A stretch of DNA of 64,000 nt from Malacoraja senta (taxonomy: Eukaryota), in contig CM075988.1 in NCBI GenBank assembly GCA_038087875.1, positions 8,744,001 through 8,808,000 of the forward strand, read 5' to 3'. Below the pieces are notes generated by a model. The model ran no database searches. It worked only from the letters and a program-made list of their open reading frames with translations, and had not been told where the DNA came from. Both the position numbers and the translations under genes were made by a program. Of this stretch, positions 24,520-35,270 are shown piece after piece (position 1 is the first letter of the stretch; every line of letters starts with the position of its first letter).

Positions 24520-25390
24520 TTTGGTTTAGTTTAGAGATACAGCAGGGAAACACGTTCTTCAGCCCACCGAGTCTGCGCCAACCAGTATCCCCGCATATTA
24601 ACACTATCCTACACACACTAGAGACAATTTGCATTTATACAAAGCCAATTAACCTACAAACCTGTACATCTTTGGAGTGTGGGAGGAAACCGAAGATCTT
24701 TCAGGTGCCATGGATTCCGCTGGGAAACCGGCCGTTCCAGCCGCTGCGAGGACTCTCACGATGGCCAGGAACATCGGGCCTCCGTAGAGGCAACTGTGGC
24801 GGCCTCGATGGGCCTGACTCTGGGGAGAACTGGGTTGGGGACTGGACATTGTGCCTTCCCCCACAGTGGTAACCATTGTGGGGGGATGATTTTGTGTGTA
24901 GTGTTAAGTATCTGTGTTAGTCTATGTCCAACATGGCGGTCGGAAGGGAGAGTGTACGCTGACGCGGTTTGGCTGCCGCTGCTCTCCCTTCATATTGTGT
25001 TTTCTGAATTTTGTTGTTGTCTTCTTTGGATCAAATTTCTGTTTTTAATTTATGTATTTGTGATGTCTTTATAACTTATTTTACTCTGATTATATGTTTA
25101 TGTGTTTCTTTGTTAAATTGTAAGGTTTTTTATTTTTAATCAACTAGATTTTAATATTGATAAATGTATTGTGATTCTATGTCCTGTAAGGTGTCCTTGG
25201 GTGTCCAGAAAGGCGCCAGCAAATAAAATGCATTATTATTATTATTATCTTGGAGAAAACCCATGTGGTCATGGGGAGAACGTACAAACTCCATACAGAC
25301 AGCACCCATAGTCGGGATTGAATCTGGGTCTCTGGCGCAGAAGGTACTGCAAGGCAACAACTCTACCGCTGCGCCACCATGCCACCCTTT
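24520..25390 (-). mobile_element. HE1-like V-SINE split by a 546-bp insertion
   Basis: SINE halves 24520-24700 and 25247-25390 rejoin as ccgaagatctYggagaaaaccc. Confidence 0.85.
24701..25246 (+). mobile_element. Non-autonomous retroelement with L2-like 3' tail, nested in a V-SINE
   Basis: Duplicated atctt at 24696-24700 and 25247-25251; ends 'tgtaaggtgtccttgggtgtccagaaaggcgcc..aataaaatgc(att)n'. Confidence 0.7.
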
Positions 25391-26321
25391 TATTCATTCC
25401 TCCATTTTTTTTCCTTCAAGATTCATCATCTACAATCTCTTATGTCTCCAATAAATTTTGGACAAGGCTCACAAATTGTATTTACATACCTTAATGCTTA
25501 ACTCGGCCTGAGAGTGAGGGGAAATTATTTCTAGACGTCCTGCCCCATGTAACCTAAGGCATTGAGTCTGTAAGTTCCTCCTGTGACCGCATGTGCTTGC
25601 TCGGGTGCACCGGTTTCCTCCCAAAGACGGAGGAAATTGCCATAGACAATTCCAAAGATGTGCGAGTTTGTAGGTTAATTGGCCTCTGTAAATTGCCTCG
25701 AATGTGTTGATGAGCGGTAGATTCTGTGGGGAGTTAATGAGAATGTGAGGAGAATAAAATAGAATGCATGATTGATGTTGTGGGTTTGGAGGCCGTAAGG
25801 CTTGTCTCCATCGATGACTCTCTCCATCTATAACTCTTTACATCATTTTCAATGGGAATGGAACATGTGGTGGAGATTCATAAGATACATATCATTTTTC
25901 CATAATGTACAGTTTTGGACTCCATGTAGAAAGGTGTATCTATTTGCCATATAATATGAGCATGGTGTATAATATTTTTTAACATCATCTTCCAAATACT
26001 CAGTTACATAGCTGTCAGGAATAAAGAAAGCCCAAGTAACTGTGACAAATGATGCAGGCCTGTACCTTGAGATTGGTTGATTTCCAAAGACATCTGGATG
26101 AGGTCCAATCAGCTGTATATGAAGAGCGCAAAACGATCAGAGTTCCTGCTCCAGATTGCCCATCCCCTGATGTCCTATTGTATTGTGCAAGGATGTGGAT
26201 GTTGGGGAAATAGCTATAACAGGCTCAGAAGGTCAATTTGTGTCCCTGCACTGTTTGTCTACTGTTATGTAGGAAGGAAAGCTGCAAATGGGGCAAGAGA
26301 GCCTACAATGTTTTATTTTTT

Positions 26322-26615
26322 GTTTTAGAGATACGCTGTAGAAACAGGCCCCTCAGCCCATTGGGTCCGTGCCTACCAGCAATCACCCAAACACTAGTTC
26401 TGTCCTGCACACCAGGGCCAATTTACAGATGCCAATTAACCTACTGACCTGCACGGTTTAGGAATGTGGAAGTAAACCGGAGCACCCGGAGAAAACCCAC
26501 GTGATCACAGGGAGAACAGACAAACTTCATAAAGGACAGCACCCGTAGTCAAGATTGAACCCAGGTCTCTGGCGCTACAAGGCAGCAACCCTACTGCTGT
26601 GTCACTGTGCTGCAT
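26322..26615 (-). mobile_element. HE1-like V-SINE
   Basis: Antisense head, V-domain and tail. Confidence 0.85.
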
Positions 26616-27847
26616 CCTGTGGCCCATGTACTTCATTGCAGTAAGTCTATCAGAATGAAAGAAAAAATATAAAGGGGGAAAGAGAAATAAAAACTATGTT
26701 GTAAATGCTAGGAAAGAAACCCCCTGTCCTAAACTGGATAAGTGGTCTCCCTGTGTAAACATAGCTTCAAGATTCAGATCTAAGTACGGAACATATAATT
26801 TGGCCGAGTGCTTCCCTGAGTGTTATACCATCAAGTTTGGCAGGTTCAAGTTTGACAGTTTGCTAGAGGCCTGGGTTCAAACCGCGGCTGCTGTCTGTGT
26901 AGTTTGCACGTTCTCCATGTGACCGCATGGGTTTCCTCTGGGTGTTCCTGTTTCCTCCCACAACCCAAAGACACGTGGGTTTGTAGGTTAATTGTCTTTT
27001 GTGGTAATCAGATGGATGGTGATGAGATTCTCATCAGGTTAATGTGATGTTGATGACTCATTTGAATCTGAAGGCTCTAACACTCGTTCTCCTTGCAATG
27101 TTAGAAAGGTTAACTCTTTGATTTGATAGTATCCCCTTTTGACTTCTACTTGACTAATAAGAGGGCTGGCAAGGGAAGTTCAAATTCAGAAAATTCCCAG
27201 CCCAAAAATAATCTATAGTATGATTTAAAAGGGGAAGTGGCCCTGAGAATGCATAATAAGGAAATGTAAACAATAGGCATTCAACTCTGTTATATGGTAA
27301 GCAATCTGCCCAGACTGTGAGCTCTATGAGGATTGCACTATATACAGCCTTGGGCCCCAGCAATCTAACTCTAGACATGCATTCTTCATTTCTGCTCCCC
27401 ACAGCACTTCTCAGCCTGCTAATCATCACAAAAGTCTTTCACATAATCCACTTTTGAATTATTGTTACATTCGCAAACACTCAGTGATGGAACTGTCAGT
27501 GAAATAAATGAACTGGTTTTAGTGGTGGTATTTATAAAGCAAGGAATATGAATCGCTCATCAGTGGAAAAACATGTATTTACATATGTTATATATCTTAT
27601 CTTATCTGATACTTTCCCTGTGGGCCACCTGGTATTTTAATACTAACCACTGGAACAGTCAGATGCAGCCATGTCCAAAGAATACCTGCAAGGGTTTGAG
27701 GTCTGCTTGAGTATAAAATGAAAACCTAAGCCTGAAGATCTGTATGTTTTCCATACTCAACCTAACCCAGAGATTTAGGATATTGTACTCCAACATTGCC
27801 ACTGAGTTGAATTTGATATCAACATTTCAGAAAGACGCAGGGTGGGT

Positions 27848-27988
27848 CTTCTTCTTCTTGCGTATGGCGTGCACAGCCTAAAGTTGTAGGTCAACTTGTT
27901 CTATTTGATCTTATTTGATTGTGCACACCAGGCTGATTGCATTAGTCAAAACAGGGTGGACCATGTGAAGGTTGCAATCTCCCACCCC
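27848..27988 (-). mobile_element. 141-bp ribozyme-headed retroposon (Vingi/Ingi- or RTE-type non-autonomous element)
   Basis: TSD cagggtgggt at 27838-27847 and 27990-27999; 3' end ...CCATACGCAAGAAGAAGAAG; 5' end is an HDV-like fold. Confidence 0.85.
27935..27988 (-). ncRNA. Minimal HDV-like self-cleaving ribozyme (54 nt, P4 essentially absent)
   Basis: P1 GGGGUGG/CCACCCU with G1-U wobble, P2 GAUUGCA/UGCAAUC, P3 ACC/GGU, L3 UUCACAU, J4/2 CUAA with putative catalytic C at 27945. Confidence 0.8.
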
Positions 27989-28194
27989 ACAGGGTGGGTG
28001 TCAGTGCGTAACTGCACATCAAAGCCAGTTTGAAGCTGGGAAAGTGCTCTCTAATAGCTGGGGAATAATCCCCTCACATTGCCTGGCCAAGGAACCAGGT
28101 AATACTGTTTCCAATGAAGCTACTAGAATGAGTTGAATTAAGGGAATATGTAAAAAATATGTGGTAAATATGTCTCTTTATCATGTTGTGTTTT

Positions 28195-28460
28195 TGGAAC
28201 ACATGGAAGTACAGCACAGGGCCAGGTCCGTCACCCCACAGTGTCTGTGCTAAATGTGATGCCAAACTAAACTAATCTCATCTGGTTGCGCATGAACCAT
28301 ATCCATTTATTCCCTGCATTTCCATGTGCCCATCTAAAAGCTTCTTAAATGCCACTATCATATCTTTTTCCATTACCACCTCCGGCAGCACGTTCACCAC
28401 CACCCTCTGAGTAAAAACAAACTTGTCCTGCACATCACCTTTTACCCCTTTCACCTGAAA
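28195..28460 (-). mobile_element. CR1 LINE 3' end fragment
   Basis: Antisense CR1 3' motifs, similar to 52855-53070. Confidence 0.7.
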
Positions 28461-29320
28461 GTTAACGTAGTCTTTCTAAATCAATTCACAATCTACTCTG
28501 AATTAATCCAGGGTGAAACCAGCTCCTGTACGATTCCTCAAATGTGTGTGTTTTTTTTTTTTTTTACCCCTTTCCTTCACGTGGGCACCTAGGCACTCAC
28601 TTGGACATCTGAAGTTGAGAATGCACAATTGCTACATGAAAGCGAACACTCCCACACTGATAAGGGCTTTTTGGAAATGGGGAGCTAATACATTGAAATA
28701 ACTGAGTATGTTGTATATTTCATAGTTATTTCAATGCTCATCTGACAATTTGATAAGGAAAAGAAAATATGGAAGGCTACTAATTCTTGCGGCAGCAACA
28801 TCAAATTTCCTATAAAACAAGACCATTATTCTACAATAGTTTCTATGTAAAGATAGTCAGACAGACATAATTATGCCATGTTCCCTCCACCAAGCTGATC
28901 AATTACTTAATAAAATGCTTCCCATAAGCACGATAGTCATGAGTTAGGAGCAGTCATCCTCTCATCTGTTCCACTACTTTGCATTCTGACAGATCAGAAA
29001 TCTAATCCCACTTTGCCTCATAATTCATGATGCTCATTTATTGAAATTAATTATTGACTTCAGTCATTCAAAATTTAAACTGGCACTGAGAGTTCCAATT
29101 ACAAGCATGTGACATCGTGATAGACCCTCTTCAGGAAGCTGCTGTAATGTACTGATGGTTCATCTGGGAATGAACCTATAAACTTGTGGGATGAAAGCAA
29201 ACCCACTGGGATTAAAGGAGAATCATATCACGAATTCTGATGAAATCTGATGATGCAAGGATTGGGAGTCTCTTGATATGTTCAAATTTGAAGGAAAGCT
29301 TCAAATTCCAGGCGTGCATA

Positions 29321-29880
29321 TCAGCGCCTCTACTTCCTGAGAAGATTACGGAGATTCGGTATGTCAAAGAGGATTCTCTTGAACTTCTACAGGTGGACAG
29401 CAGGGAGCATACTGACTGGTTGCATCGTGGCCTGGTTTGGCAACTTGAACGTCCAGGAGCAGAAAAGACTGCAAAAAGTTGTAAACATTGCCCAGGCCAT
29501 CGCTGGCTCTGACCTCCCCACCATCGCAGAGATCCATCGTAGTCGCTGCCTCAAAAAGGCTGCCAACATCATCAAAGACCCACACGATCCTGGCCACACA
29601 CTCATCTCACCCCTGCCATCGGGAAGAAGGTACAGGAGCCTGAGAACTGTAACGTCCAGGTTCAGGAACAGCTTCTTCCCTACAGCCATCAGGCTATTAA
29701 ACACTACAACCTCATAAGCTATGAACTGCAATAGAGTATTATTATTATTATTGCACTGTTATTGTTTGGGGTTTTTTCTGAGTTTTTGGTATATTATTTA
29801 TTATGATTACATATTCTGTTGTGCTGCAGCAAGAAATAATTTCATTGTTCTATCTGAGACATATGACCACTCTTGACTTG
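29321..29880 (+). mobile_element. Rex1/Babar LINE 3' fragment with open C-terminal ORF segment and 3' UTR
   Basis: QRLYFLRRLRRFGMSKRILLNFYR..ILTGCIVAWFG..IIKDPHDPGHTLISPLPSGRRYRSLRTVTSRFRNSFFPTAIRLLN* (stop at 29717); tail 'ctcttgacttga'. Confidence 0.92.
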
Positions 29881-30859
29881 ATATGTTTTATTTGTGCTGA
29901 TACACTGTGGACTGCCAATAATCTAGCACCTTCAGGAATTTGGTGGCAGATTTTCTGAATTATCAGATGTTACTTGTGTTAATATACCGCAATGCATTTT
30001 CAGTTTGCTTTTTTTCCGATGTTGCACCGTACTATAACAAATATTTCAGTGAATCAATGGCTTTAAGCGGAGTGTGGGAAACAGGCCCTGGTGAGTTTAG
30101 AATAAGTGCAGGAAACATCAACCGGCGAGCCATCAGCGTTTCTGAACAACTCTTACGCTGAATCATGAGAATCCCTGCGCAATCAGATAGTAGATTAATG
30201 GAGTTCTATTGTATCAAGCAATGAATAACCTCAAGGAGGTCTGTAATTGTGTTATACTCCCTAGTGCTCTCTGGACCACTGTTCAAATTAGTTTAAAGAT
30301 GGGGAGCTGGAAGAAATGATCTCTATCTTTGCTATCGTGAAGGTGTGAGTGAATGTAAGATCAGCCCTGCTGCAAAGCCACTCTATGAGATTCCGACTAT
30401 GTGTGTCCCACAGTGGAACAGAGGGTGATGTATTGTGAACCCTGGTGCTGTCTGTGTTTAATTTTCATGTGACAGCATGTGCTTCCTTTGATGCTCAAGT
30501 TTCCAGATACAGCCCAAAGACATGTTAATAACTCAGTTTGCCACAGCAAATTGCCCCCAGTACAGATGGCCAACTGAGAGCGAATGAGTGTGGGGTGGGA
30601 CTAATGTATTGATATGGAGTCATGATGCAGCTTTACAGGACTTTGATTTGGTTGCATTTGGCTTTGGAAAGGGTGCAGAGGAAGTTTACCACAATGCTCC
30701 CTTGATTTAGAAGGGTTAAGCTACAAGGAGAGGTTGGACTGACTTGGATTGTTTTCATTGGAACGCCAAAGTTTGAGGAGAAACCTGATGGATGTATATA
30801 AAATGATGAGAGGCATAGATAGGGTAGACAGTCAGAAGATGGACACAAAAAGCTGGAGT

Positions 30860-31043
30860 CTTCTTCTTTTCGTGTCCATCTTGTTACAAATATTGACCTC
30901 GCTGCATCCTCCATCCTGAAAAGAACTCAAGCTTCCGGCAACAATCAGTGAAAGCCATCACTTGTCGCAATAGTGGTAGCAGAATTAGCTCAGGATACTT
31001 CCAGTTTCCAGACCCGCGACGTGGACGCTTCTGCTATGGGGCC
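30860..31043 (-). mobile_element. 184-bp ribozyme-headed retroposon (Vingi/Ingi- or RTE-type non-autonomous element)
   Basis: Perfect 11-bp TSD aaagctggagt at 30849-30859 and 31044-31054; 3' end ...GGACACGAAAAGAAGAAG; 5' end is an HDV-like fold. Confidence 0.9.
30977..31043 (-). ncRNA. HDV-like (CPEB3-like) self-cleaving ribozyme, 67 nt
   Basis: GGCCCC A UAGCAGAA GCG UCCACGU CGC GGGUCU GG AAACUGGAAGUAUCCUGAG CUAA UUCUGCUA: 8-bp P2, 3-bp P3, CC/GG P1.1, imperfect P1 and P4, putative catalytic C at 30988. Confidence 0.85.
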
Positions 31044-31769
31044 AAAGCTGGAGTAATTCTGCGGAACAGGCAGCATCTCTGGAGAGAAGGAATGGGTGAC
31101 GTTTCTGGTCGAGACCCTTCCAAACAGACTGAGGGTCTCGACCTGAAACATCACCCATTCCTTCTCTCTAGAGATGCTGCCTGTCCCACTGAGTTATTCC
31201 AGCGTTTTGTGACTATCTTTGGTTTAAACCAGCATCTGCAGTTCCTTCCTACACATGTAGACAGTCAGAACCTTTTTACCAGATTGGATAGATCAAATAC
31301 TTTAAGGTGAGAGGGGCAAAGTTTAAAAGAGATATGCAGGGAAAGTTTTTATACGCAGAGGGCAGTGAGTGCCGGGGAAGGTTGAAGCAGATACGTTAGT
31401 GGCATTTAAAAGACTTTTAGATAGGCACATGGATTTGTGGGGAATATTGGATATGGATTATGTGCAGGTTGTTAAGTGATGTTCAATTAACATTGTTTCA
31501 GTAAAAGGCTTTAGAAGGGATTGATTTAAACTGCATTGAATTGAGCAAAGTGTTTCCTATGTAGATTGCAGCTTCTAATTCATTTAAATTACTGATCAGA
31601 ACAGCAAGTCCAATAATGGACCATTTTAAGACAGCATTTTAACCTTTTTTTGACCTTGACCAATGCTACAATACTATTTGCAGTTAATTTTAACAACCTC
31701 CATTTTAATTGTTAAGCAAATAATTGGCAGTTTAAACCAACTTTAGTAAATTTGTAACTTAGAATTATT

Positions 31770-31935
31770 CATAGAGTCATACGGCACAGAAGGAGGCCCT
31801 TTGGCCCAACTCGCCTATGCCGACCAAAATTCTCCATCTAAGCTAGTCTTATTCGCGTACCTTTGGCCATATCCCTCTAAGCATTTCCTATTCATGCACC
31901 TGTCTAAGTGTCTTTTAAATACTGTTGTGTTACCT
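31770..31935 (-). mobile_element. CR1 3' tail fragment
   Basis: 'catagagtcatacggcacagaa..ggcccaac..catatccctctaa' antisense tail. Confidence 0.7.
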
Positions 31936-33039
31936 AAAAGGTCATACCTAGAATTTAGAAAGAACTAGGAATTATTTGTGAATGTAATGCAAAGTTGCTT
32001 CAAATTTTCAATATACCACAAACAGCAATCCTCAGTGTTTAATTTCTACATGGAATATTTTGGTCTGGAGTCTTTCCTGAACATCTTAAGTGATCTACTC
32101 AATGCAATGCAATTGTATACTGCCCAGTCTTCAACAGATTCTCCAACTAGTGAAACTTTCATCTTATTGTGGTTTTTGGCCCATTACATAGCAGGCTGAG
32201 GAAGTTGAAGACCCTTGAAAGATGGCTGGTGTTCCTGCCACACACTTTTTTACCTGGGTGCTGAATGTGGATGGAGGCTGTGGGCAACTTGCATTTACTT
32301 GTGTGGTTTGTGTGTGACTTTCAGTTATAGGTTTGGCTTGGCTACTCAGCCGTCAAATATCTCAGGTCATTGAACTAGCTGTGTTCTCATTGTTGAGGGC
32401 ACTGTATATATGCAGATTGGGTATGCACTCATAGGATGAAGTACATACCCTACATAGTAAGCCATTTGTCATAACATGGGTGATGATATGGGAGGAAAGG
32501 AATGGGCGGAGAGATCGTGAAAATATTTTTTATCTACTGTGCAGTAAGATGAATAGTGTTTTTAAGCTTATTTAACATTGAACGAGCAGGATGGAAAAAA
32601 TTACTAAGGTCAAAGATTAGGAAATTGTGGTCTGAAAAATTGGGGAGACTTTTTGTTATCTCCTGGAGTTATGTGACAGTGACTGTCTTTCCTCCTTGGA
32701 GACGTCAACAGCCTCTCTTCACAGGGAATGGAGTCATCTCATGGGAACAGAGTGGCTAACTGTGTTTATGTTGGTGGAATCAGGCAGTTGTACAGTGCAT
32801 GAGAAAATAGGAACAGGAGCAGGCCACTCGGCCCCTCAAGCTTGCCCAACCATTCAATATAATCATGGCAGCTCTGACTCACAAGTCCTCTGACAATTCC
32901 ATGCAGCCTTCAATTCATTGACCTTAACAAAATATAATTCTACTTCCGTTCTAAATACCTGAATACCTGAATGCCCATTACCCAAGTATTACCCATCTAC
33001 CGAGGTATAGGAATACCCAAAAGTTCAATTTTGGGGAAA

Positions 33040-34228
33040 TCTCCAGCAATATTGCATCTCTCCCAGATGAGCTTAATGTATTTTATGGCCATTTGAACAG
33101 CCAAACAAAGCTCCAACTTGGCATGTCCCCCCATCCATTGCTGGCTCTGTTCCATTCATCATGGTGGAAGAAATCAGATCTGCTCTCATGTGCATAAAGT
33201 CTCGGGAAGTGGCTGGCCCGGGTAGAGTCCTTGGTGTGGTTCCAAAATCATTCATTAATCAACTGGCCACAATCTTCACCGACACCTTCAACCTCTCACT
33301 TCAACAATCATCTGTCTCCATAGGCTTCAAGGAAACCTCCATCATTCCAGTCACCAAGAAAAGTAAAGTGACCTGTCTCAATGATGACCACCCCATAGCT
33401 CTAACATCCACCATAATGAAGTGCTTTGAAAGATTGGTAATGGTCCACATCTGTGCCAGTCTTCTGGACAATCTAAAGATGGATCCTGACCCAAAATGTC
33501 ACCCATCCATTCCCTCCACAGATGCCTCCTGACCCGCTGAGTGTTCTAACTCTTTGTGTTTTGCGAAGCAATCCAGCTTCTTCAGTTTCTTGTGTCGTCT
33601 GGCCAGGCCCTGTTATTGGCATTCAGGAAAAATAGGTCTATGGTGTACACGATCTTTTTAGCATTACATTCAACCCTGAATCACCTGAACCCCCCCCAAG
33701 TCAGAATGCCGTTTGTCGACTACAACTCTTGACTTAGTAGACTACAAGCCTTCCATAGCAAAATATTGAATTGGCTCATGCCTAAACCCCTGGACCTTGG
33801 CTTTGGGATCTCCATCTGCAACTAGCTTCTGGACTCCCTGACTAACATACCTCAATTGGTTAGCATTGGTAACACTTCCCCCCCCTCCTCTGACCCTCAC
33901 CACTGGTGCCCCTCGGGTTTGTGTGTTCCTCTACTCCCGGTATGCCCACGACAGTGTGGCCAAACACAACGCCACCTCGAATTAAGTTGGCCGGTGATAT
34001 CATTGTTGTCAGATGGACGTACTTCAACAATGGGACAAAGTACAGAAAATAAATCAAGTACGTAGTGTCAAAGTACAGAAAATAAATCAAGAACCGAGCC
34101 CTTCACGTTAGCAAGAAGAAAGCATTGGTTGTTGACCTTCGGCAGCAAGAGGCAGAACACAATCCATTTCTTTATCAACTGAGCAGCTGTAAGGATTGGC
34201 AACAGCTTCAAGCTCCTAGGCGTCCATT
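33040..34228 (+). mobile_element. Degraded Rex1/Babar RT fragment, interrupted by a Penelope arm at about 33476-33595
   Basis: QLATIFTDTFNLSLQQSSVSIGFKETSIIPVTKKSKVTCLNDDHPIALTSTIMKCFERLV; later MPFVDYNS, TGAPR.., KLAGDIIVV (degenerate FADD). Confidence 0.88.
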
Positions 34229-34568
34229 TTAGTTCAGTTTAGTTTAGAGATACAGCGTGGAAATAGGCCCTTCGGCCTACCAAGTCCGCACCGACCAGCG
34301 ATCCCTGTGTTAATCCCCGCACATTAACGCTATCCGACACACACTAGGGACAATTTATACTTAGACCAAGCCAATTAACCTGTACATCTTAACCCTACAA
34401 ACCTGTACGTCTGTGGAGTGTGGGAGGAAACCGCAGATCTCGGAGTAAACCCACGCGGTCATAAGGAGAATGTACAAACTCCGTACAGCCAGCACCCGTA
34501 GTCGGGATCGAACCCGGGTCTCTGGCGCTGCAAGTGCTATAAGGCAGCAACTCTACCGCTGCGCCAGG
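34228..34568 (-). mobile_element. HE1-like V-SINE, young subfamily
   Basis: Antisense B box (ggatcgaacc), V-domain, (TAAAC)n tail. Confidence 0.9.
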
Positions 34569-34796
34569 TAACCTAACATTGTCTCTACACACTCTGTGGT
34601 AAGTAAGAAAGTGCATCAGCCCTAGTCCCATCTGCCCGTGGGACTTTACTTCCTCAGGCCTCAGAGAAGTCCAGAGATATGTTTTACACTCGTTGTATTT
34701 AACATTACTGTACATATATAGTTCTCTCTATGAACTTCATGTGAACATGGAATTTCATTGCACCTTGTGTATATGACAATAAACTAATATAATTTG

Positions 34797-35270
34797 TATA
34801 AGGATGTTGCCATGACTTATGGTTCTGAGCTATAGGGAGTGGTTGGGCAGGTTAGCGCATTATTCCTTGGAGCAAAGTAGCATAAGGGGTGATCTTATAG
34901 AGGTGCATAAGATAATGAGGGGAATAGATAGGGGAAATGCACAGTCTTTTACCCAGAATAGTGGAATCAAGAACCAGGGACATTGGTTTAAGGTGAGAGT
35001 GGAAAGAAACAATAGGAACCTGAACTTTAGGAATAGGAACTTTTTCATACAGTGTGGTGGGTATATGGAATGAACTGAGAGAAGGAAGTTGAAGCAGGTA
35101 CTATAACAAAGTTTAAAAGACATTTGGACAGGTATATGGATAGGAAAAGTTTAGAGGGATATGGTGCCAAAGACGGGCAGGTGGGACTCGGGCAAATGGG
35201 GCATTTTGGTCGGCATGGGCATGTTGGGCCAAGTGACCTGTTTCCATGGCTACATGACTCTAACTCTAAT
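34797..35270 (+). mobile_element. CR1 LINE 3' fragment
   Basis: LSYREWLGRL..YSLEQ..RGDLIEVHKIMRGIDR plus 3' UTR. Confidence 0.88.

Larger units (their letters stand above)
30838..31256. mobile_element. Penelope-derived fold-back element with perfect 14-bp TSD
   Basis: gtagacagtcagaa at 30824-30837 and 31257-31270. Confidence 0.88.
30650..31470 (+). mobile_element. CR1 LINE 3' fragment hosting nested insertions
   Basis: ALERVQRKFTTMLP..YKERLD.LGLFSLERQ..DVYKMMRGIDRVDSQ, resuming at 31257 as VDSQNLF. Confidence 0.85.

Noticed and set aside
34036..34091. 23-bp direct repeat caaagtacagaaaataaatcaag with a 10-bp spacer
   Set aside because: Local duplication inside a dead Rex1 fragment; no sign of function.
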